Assembly: GCA_054661495.1 (NCBI GenBank)
Contig: BAAFSQ010000080.1
Location: 1-32,000, forward strand
DNA length: 32,000 nt
Direction of reading: 5' to 3'
Source of the DNA: Zygophlyctis sp. KS116
Taxonomy: Eukaryota > Fungi > Chytridiomycota
The translations under genes were made by a program, and so were the position numbers. Shown here piece by piece: positions 24,092 to 32,000 of this stretch. The notes beneath the pieces are model-generated. The model did no database searches and was not told the DNA's origin. It saw only the letters and a program-made list of their open reading frames with translations. Each line of letters starts with the position of its first letter. Position 1 is the stretch's first letter.

Positions 24092-24868
24092 TCATAAACT
24101 ACTTGATAGACCAGAAAACCCAGTTTGCCTAGATGCAGCTGCAACTATATCTGTTAATTCTGGAGGCAGAGAATGTGCCTTTGATTGTAAATGTCTTTTC
24201 AAAGCATCACTAGTACTTAATTTATAAAAATTACCTTCGTGCATATTCTCTGTTACAGAATTTACACTTGAAAGGTTTAACTGGAGCGTGTAGAGACCTA
24301 TGATGCCTTGTTAGATCATGTTTCCTCCGGAAGCTAGAACCTAATTTCAAATTTAATAATTTATACCACATATTGTACAATTAAAAGGCTTAAAAGTCTC
24401 ATCTGCATGAATAGCCATATGCGATTTCAAAGATTGCTTTGATGTAAATCTCTTTCCACAATTTAAGGCTGTGCAAGAAAATGTTCTTTCCGGCGACAGT
24501 CCTGGAGTCACTGGTGGAGATATTTGAGATTTGAGAGCCTGGGCCTGAAATTCTTCCTGATGATGATTTCCGATGAGCATCCCAAAAGAATCCGAAAGTC
24601 CTTGAGGAGAATACTTGCTATTCATATCATACACCAACCTCTCAAATTCAGAATAAAAAGAGTTCAAATTGTTCCCATGATTGACTAGTAATGGAGTATA
24701 GCTATAGACTGGAGTCGCAGGAAACAAGGGGACTGCTGGAAATTCACATGTTTCCGAAAGACTGCGATACACTCGCGGACCAAGTTGCTCTTTAGTATCT
24801 TCGGTTTTCATTTCTACTTTACTTGCTAAAGCGTCAAATTGTTTAAAGTCTGACATTCGCTTTTTCAT
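24092..24868 (-). CDS. C2H2 zinc-finger transcription factor (three fingers, two micro-introns)
   Basis: FSCTALNCGKRFTSKQSLKSHMAIH, FNCTICGSSFRRKHDLTRHHRSLH and FKCKFCNREYARSDALKRHLQSKAH; stop at 24092. Confidence 0.9.
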
Positions 24869-24942
24869 TAATCGTTAGCTTGTTTCAAAGCAGCGTCTGC
24901 TAATCATGAAATTTTTGCTTGTAAATCTTGTGTCCGAACGTT

Positions 24943-26953
24943 TTAGACACATGGCCTAATAAAAGAGTATAGAATCCATAAAATACATAAAAGCATTCCT
25001 CCAAAATAATTAATAACAATATTTGTCCAAATCATCCCCAAGAGTATATCGTTTCCAGATGTCCATCCAAAAAATGAACTCTGAGGTAATAGATTTTCTA
25101 CAGCAGTATTGATTATACGGATTTCCTTTAAAATGTAAACAAGTGCAGAGCTAGAATAAAATAAATATAGGAAGAATGGAATTAACAGAGAATGGAAGGT
25201 TTGAGTACAGGATGCCTTTAGAATTCTAAAAGTACTAATCCAACGTGAACCAAGACGCATTCTAAAGTTAAAGTAGTGAAGAAGAATATTTACAAGGCCT
25301 ACAAGTAAAAATATAAATGAAATGATACCATTTGTCACCAAGGTTATTATAGGAGACGGCGCAACAATAGAAATTGTTAATCCTAAAAGTCCATGTAAAT
25401 CAAAAAGATCAATTCCTTTAAATACAAGTACTTTGTATAAAAGCATTCCATTCGTTAAAATATCAAACAAAAGAAGTAAACTCTTTAAAAAGACTAAAAA
25501 TCCTAGAATTGTTGCTTTTTTGTCCCAAGATAAGTAAAACATTACTGATGCTGCATGAAAGGCAATGGTATACACTAAAGTAGCAACAAAGCACATGAGA
25601 ATTATTAAATTCTGATATTTGAAAATATCATTCACTTGGCTTATAGAAATAGAAATGTTGTAGATACTATCTTGAATTGAGGGATTTGCGAGGATTTCGG
25701 ACATTCTGTACATGTAAATACGAACAATCATATTAAGTAGAACTGGAATAATGTCAATAATAAGATCATGATTTGCAATGATAGCCCAAACTGTATATGT
25801 CTTTGAAAACTAGGAATTATTAACTTTAATTTACAGGATCCCAATTTTTGACATCCCAGAAACACCAGAAATATTGGGGGAATAGTCTGATAAAAGCTAC
25901 AACAACGTCAAATGCAGCAAAAACAAGTGAAGTGATGAGCAGATTCTTTGCCCCTAAAGCAATCACGTCATTGTTTTCTAACTGTTTTGAAGTTAGAACA
26001 AATGCGTATATTGCAACAGCTATCGCTCTTATCAGATTAAGAATTCGAAAGATTTTCCTGGATAGTTTCATTCCTCTTTCACGGCTTACACTAAATTCAC
26101 TTTCCTTGCTTAGAGAATCTAAAAGTGAATTATTCAAGGCCGTATCTTTGTATGAATTAGAATTTTCTAATAATATGTCTTCGCAAGAAGCAGACTCATA
26201 CAATGTGGCAGAAGATTTGTCTAAATTAGGACCATTTATAGGCTGCGAGCCTTTATCTGATTTCGGACATGGCCCTGTTTCCATGCCTTGGGCGCTCTTT
26301 TTCTTCTGCAGTGAATCACTTTTTAAAGACACGGATTTTCTATCAGCTGTTTGAGATTGGTAGCAATAAGCTCTATGAGCAGGGGCATTTTGATGGGTTA
26401 AATCTGATCCAGGATACGAAGCAACACCATTTAGATTATTTTGTGGAACTTTAACAACTGCATATACTGGAACCACATGAATGGGAGCATGTTGAGCCAT
26501 TAAAGTACCATCGTATTTGATTGCATCAGATCTACAATAAGCAGTATGATCTTGTGTAAAAGATTTCAATTCTCGATTAACCAGTGATTCGGATATTACA
26601 TTTGATTTCAGAACAGCACTGGGATACTCGTATGAATAAGGAGAAGTGCAATCAAATTCAAACTTTGTTTTGACTAATTGAGGAATTTGTGTATTTGCAA
26701 TGGCTTCAGCATCTTGATAAGGAGAATTACAGACTATTTCATTATTTTCTACTCCTGCTTGGGACACTGAAATCAGAGTTTCAGTATATTCAATTCTTTG
26801 AATGTGCTGCGAATCTTGCTGTTCTAAGGCGGACATGTCCATTAAAACATTTGGATCCAATGACTTTGTATCACCAGTTCTACCTGATTCATTTTCTATT
26901 TTGTCCGAAACATCCAGTTTACTCAAAGATTGACTATCAAACGATTTCACCAT
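24943..26953 (-). CDS. Multi-pass membrane protein with a long disordered N-terminus (intron ~25810-25834)
   Basis: Two adjacent ORFs are joined by GTAAATT...TTCCTAG. The C-terminal half has many hydrophobic segments. Family not recognised. Confidence 0.65.
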
Positions 26954-26996
26954 TTCCGAACGAGCGGATTTAATGATTTTTAATTTTTACTATACT

Positions 26997-28435
26997 CTAC
27001 TTTTTTACTAGTACACCTTCATCCACTAGATGAAGAATAATATTTTTTGTCTTGATTTTTGCGAGAGGATCATCTTTTGGAAAAGCAAGACGAATAATAT
27101 TTGCTAATTTCGGGAATGAAATTGGCTGATTATTGGCTATATGAGCCATCAGTCTTACCATTTCCAAAAATTTGTTTTTGTCCAGATCAGATGGCCTTTT
27201 AAGTTTTTTAGGGATTTTGACTAAAAATTGAGTTTGATTTGAAATTTGTTCATCAATAGCAGGTGATTTAATAGAATGAACATCAAATGTGAGGGGGGAT
27301 TGATGTTTTTCTTTAATATTAGGCATACTTAGCATTTTTCGAAAGATTAGTAAGGAAGATATAGCATCATTAGCAGCATACTGTGCTGATCTGAATTGAA
27401 ATACATCTTTCTTTGAGTCCCATTGATAATGTCCCATCCCTTTATCTAGTTTAATTCCCACATAATCATTACTAAGACGCTTTAGAGAACATCTTTTCAA
27501 GGATAAAACATTTCCAATGTCTTGAAGACAAAGTGTATTTGATACAGCCAATTCAGCAAAAGTTTCAAGTTGACTAGCGTCTTTTCTTATATTCACTCCA
27601 ACTATCTCTTTGAATTTAAAATTATAATACCCTTTAAAATTGAAGTGGATGCAAGGAATTTTTTCAAAGAGTCTGGAATCAGCTCTAATTTTGGAGGTTT
27701 TGTAATATTTTGTCCGAAACAAAGTTGATATAGCTACAGGTTAAATAATCTGAAAATAACCTGGAAAATAATTACAATGTTTTTATTGATTGCGATCTGA
27801 AGAATGGATGGAAAAGAAGAGTTATGATTTCTAGAGGCCGTCTCCACATCAAGTCCGACAGCTCGCAGTCCGCCTTTTACCGAAGTTTTAGACATTATCT
27901 TGACCGTTCCCAATACTATATTCATTTCTTTAGGATTGTCTAATATATATATAAATGACGGTGAGGTGAATTTAGGTATTATTCCATTATTTTCTAGGAC
28001 GGCAACAAACTGATCCGTGAGCAAATCGATATCAAAGCACTTTGGCAGATTTTTAGAGTCCTTTTGAGAAATCATTTCTTTTAATGAATTAATCTCTTGT
28101 TCTAAAACTCCAATTGTCCGAACTAGAGATAATGCCAACTTGTCCGATTTTTCTAGTATAGCAGTCTTGAACTCAAAGGGATTGTGTCTTTCTTCTATAG
28201 AACATTCTGAGTGAGATTGTTCATCCAGTCTAAAAAACTGAGAATTGCGATTCTTTTTAAATGGCTTGTTTGATCGTAAAAGATCTACTAGGAACGGTTT
28301 GACATTATTATCGCTGAAAGGTAGGGTATCTGGTGGTATCCTATTTTTCAAGTAGCTTGCTACACGCCCAGAACTAGAGTGTGCTTTGTAGCGATCAAGT
28401 CTCAAGTTCTTTCGCAATTTGTTGAATTTACTCAT
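26997..28435 (-). CDS. DEDD 3'-5' exonuclease, WRN-exo/EXD2-like (introns 27734-27760, ~27602-27630)
   Basis: ExoI VGLDVET, PSILQIA, spliced ILKVGVNIRKD (ExoII), SLKRLSNDYVGIKLDK, and ExoIII QYAANDA. Confidence 0.85.
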
Positions 28436-28480
28436 AAACGTCAATAGATAACAAATAATTTTCCGTAATTCTTGACCGAT

Positions 28481-30331
28481 TTATTCATCCAAAGCTGCCA
28501 GAGCAGCAAATGACTGATCTAGCGAAATAATATCCTCAGAATCGGAATCCAGATCAGCATCTTTTATGGAATCATCAGTGTTCGAAGCTGAATCAATTTC
28601 TTTAAAAAAGTCGGGCTTGTCAAAGTCCACCTTTTGATGGACAATTTTTGTATCCTGGTGAGTCTTCCAAAATCCAGTTGGCCTAAAGATAAGAAGCAAT
28701 CTACCATCGTTTGCCATTCTCAGAATCAAATTTGCTGCTCTATAAACATCAGGTCTTGCAACTTTTGGAGTAAGGAAACCACGCTGTAATGCAAACGCTT
28801 CACAAACCATCCATCCACTCCAAAAAAAGCTAGATTCATTCTGATCAGGATGTTTAAGCTGAAGTATATCAATCAATGGTATTCTTTCTGCTAAATATGT
28901 TACTGATGTATATGGTCTTTGAAGTTAAAAAGGTTATTCTTACTCTTGGACTTGAGAAATTTTATACATTCCTGACAATATTTGAAGCGGTTTTGGAATC
29001 AATGATGGGAATACTATATATTAAGAATAAGCATTTACCAAGACCAGGACAATCACATAAACGAATATCTTTTGATATATGAATAGTTTGAAAGTGTTTT
29101 GTATGTCCTGGAGTTTTAGACACTGAAACGGCTTTTTTCCCTAATAAACCATTAATCAATGAAGATTTCCCGACATTTGGATGTCCAATTGTTCCAAGAG
29201 TAATAATTGAGTTATCAATTCTTACATTTAAAGAATTCTCTATTTTAACATCATCATCACTTTGACTGGATTCATCATTCTCTGAAGAATTATCTATTTC
29301 CATTTTCTGTCTATGCCTGGATCTACCTAAAAATGACTCTGGATCATCTTTTTGGGACTGAGCATGTCTTTCTTTTTCCTCAAAAGACAATCTCCGCTCC
29401 GTAACCTTTTTAATCAGAGAGTCCCAATCTATATTCGATTTTCTTGAATCAAGTTTGATTGTTTTACAAACTTCTAAAATATCAGCAACACCTACTGCCT
29501 TAAAAAACCGTTTCCCTTTTCTTGTAGTCTGTTTCTTCATAGTTTCTAAGTCATTACAGCTTAAAAAACGTACCTAATTCTAAATCCTCTAATCTTAAAC
29601 ATTCTTTTGGGTAACAACTAAATCCTGCAGTAATTAATAATGGAAATCTATCTGTAAAGTATTTCTTCCAAGCCTCCAAAGTTTTTTGATCAACTAAATC
29701 AATCTTGTTGAATACCAATATTAGCGATTTTTTCATTTCTCTAGTCACATAATCATACAAAGTCGGCGGGAAATGGAGTACTGGATGTCTTGCATCAACT
29801 ACAAAAAGAATAATGTCTGATAGTTCAACCACTCTCCAAAGTTGTCTCCAAACTTCTAGATTATGCTCGAAATAACTTAAACAGTCCAATGGATAAGTCC
29901 GATATACCCGATCTTTCCACTCCTTAAATGCATTTTCTTCCCTTTCTTCAAGAGACTTCTTAGAATCTGAATTTGACCAATTGGGTCTTTTCGGAAAATC
30001 AATTAGATTAGAGCCATATAAACTTTCAAATCCAACTTCCAACTCCTCCTTCTCCACCATCTTCAACGGCAGTCTAGAACATCTCTTGCGTTCTTCAATC
30101 TGCTGAGGAGAGAGTTTCATAAATACAGATTCTAGCCTAAATATTAACGGAATTTATCTACTTTGCAACGGGAGGAAGCGCAACTATTGAATGATCTTTT
30201 ATCTCTTCAACTTGGACTGTATCATCCTTATCTCCTAAAATTATGATTAAATCATTACTCTTTCTAGCTCTCTTCTCTTGCAATTGAACCTTTTTCTGCT
30301 TATTAGAAAATGGCTTTTTACGGTTTGGCAT
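28481..30331 (-). CDS. GNL1: GNL1/Lsg1-family circularly permuted GTPase, multi-exon
   Basis: N-terminus MPNRKKPFSNKQKKVQLQEKRARK is GNL1-like. Also FEHNLEVWRQLWRV, DARHP, NKID (G4), GHPNVGKSSLIN (G1), TPGHTKHFQT, DCPGL (G3) and RPDVYRAAN. Introns at 30235-30258 and 30137-30161. Confidence 0.92.
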
Positions 30332-31321
30332 CAAATTTATTAAACTTTACATTTTCTCTTTTACAAGATTTGAACCAATCATGACTTAATATTTCAGAAG
30401 CACTGGGTCTAGAAGATGGATCTTCTTGTAGAATACTATCTAGTAGATCTATTGCACGGTTGGAAATAAAGACTTTTAACTTTCGCCTTTTAAGAGATCG
30501 TATATCATTAATAGACGCAAACGGCACCTGTCCAGTAAGCATTGTGTAAAGTAGTATTCCAATGCACCAGATATCATTGGATTTCCCTGAAAAGTATCCG
30601 CCACGAAGAATCTCTGGAGAAACATAATTAATAGTTCCTTGAAATCTGTTTAGACGATCAGTGGTTTGAAAGATTTTAGATGATCCAAAATCAATCATTT
30701 TAATAGTTAATTTATCATCAATGAGGATATTTTCATCTTTTACATCTCCATGTATTATTGATTTGGAATGTAAATACTCGATAACTGAAACTACTTGCTT
30801 GAAAATTAATGATGCTTGTCTTTCAGTGAGTCTCACCGATTTTTCAATAAATCTAGCATTTAAAAAAATAATAATTACTCAAACAAGTCGAGCGGAGATT
30901 TTGGTCTGATTGTCTTTGGGATCTGCGTTTGAATTGCCTCTGGGCAAACAACATCATCCAAGGAATTTTCCAAAGAAGATCCAAATAGTTCCATGACAAT
31001 ATATATAAAATCTTTATGATCAAAATAATCAATCAAGGTAATCATTCCTTCATGAGAATATTGTGATAATATATACACTTCCATTGGGATTCTTTCAGTT
31101 TTTGAGAGGGAAATCCAAGAATCACTTGAAAGATTCTTCTTGTTGATAAATTTAATTGCTAGCTTTCGATTATCTAGTCTTTTTATTCCTTCAAAGACGA
31201 TTCCTTGTCCGCCTTGTCCAAGTTGTCGCGTTATGATATAGCGAAGAGAGAAAACAGAGTGGAGTTTATGTCCAATAAGTCCATTTTGAGGTCTAAAAGG
31301 TTCGGGAAAAATCGTATGCAT
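30318..31321 (-). CDS. Ser/Thr protein kinase, PASK/PIM-like (intron 30853-30878; 5' end may extend further)
   Basis: LGQGGQGIV, LAIKFI, IPMEVYIL, DLFEFIE, IIHGDVKDENILID, DFGS, GTINYVSPE and DIWCIG. Confidence 0.9.
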
Positions 31322-31608
31322 GGTTGGTCTGAAGCTTAATACAATTAGGAATCTAGAATCGTCAGAATGACGTTTTAAAATCCGATATCGATTAAGAGAT
31401 GCATGATCATCGTTCTTGACATCATTTTTCGCGTAGGATCTGCATTTTTTAAATTGTCCGAACGCAATGATCTACCGATATAAAAAAAATTCCGTATATT
31501 CACTCGAATTCATCAGTAATATAGATCGATTCACAGGACGAATCAGTGTAATTGTGGATCGGTTTACAGATTTACATGGTGATCTCAAATGCCAAAAAAT
31601 CTAAAATT

Positions 31609-32000
31609 TTATTTTTTGCTTGGATATGGAAACATTGGATTGATCCAAATATGATCTAAAATTTCATCAGCAGTAGGCCTTGATTCGGGAGATTTCTGTA
31701 AGAGTAGATCTAGTAGAAATAGAACTTGTTGAGACAGGGCTATTCTAGGTTTTCTGAAAGGCCAAGATCGGACTTGCTCTGATGAGTAAAATGGAGATTC
31801 TCCGCAGATTATTGTATACAATAGATTTCCAAGACACCATATATCTGCAGGCTTTCCTTTATATTTCTCTCCTCTTAAGACTTCAGGAGGACAGTACTGA
31901 ACAGTTCCCTTTTATAAATCCGTAAAAAAATTTACTTGAAATTTATCAAAATATGGTTTAGATTTATCTTCTAGCGATGCAGATCCAAAATCAATCAATT
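31609..32000 (-). CDS. 3' part of a second, paralogous Ser/Thr kinase (runs off the window)
   Basis: LIDFGSAS...FQ|GTVQYCPPEVLRGEKYKGKPADIWCLGNLLYTIICGESPF...RPTADEILDHIW, with an intron near 31910-31936. Confidence 0.85.

Noticed and set aside
25848-26354. 168-aa plus-strand ORF and other antisense ORFs in the track (e.g. 806-1048, 4016-4282, 11775-12131, 16847-17131)
   Set aside because: They lie opposite longer, better-supported reading frames and show no motifs, so they are treated as shadow ORFs.

Overview
AT-rich, extremely compact eukaryotic DNA, most likely from a fungus (homoaconitase of the alpha-aminoadipate lysine pathway, fungal-type tropomyosin, STF2/TMA10-like gene). A chytrid or other early-diverging lineage is my inference. 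About 22 protein-coding genes are broken by very short spliceosomal introns (23-30 nt in all clearly resolved cases), which explains the fragmented ORF track. Many intergenic gaps are only 2-75 nt. Recognisable genes: SLC17-type MFS transporter, AAA-ATPase-like NTPase, LYS4, DUS2, J-domain protein, FHA-GAF-class III adenylyl cyclase, WD40 protein, Elongin C, STF2-like protein, YTA7/ATAD2, tropomyosin, tandem-VOC protein, secreted LRR protein, C2H2 zinc-finger factor, membrane protein, WRN/EXD2-like exonuclease, GNL1 and two tandem kinases. The standout is the LRR gene (22458-23734, minus strand). It has eight consecutive exons of exactly 72 nt, each encoding one 24-aa LRR, separated by mutually homologous phase-2 micro-introns, and variation is concentrated at the predicted ligand-binding positions. 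This is a modular cassette architecture suited to shuffling.
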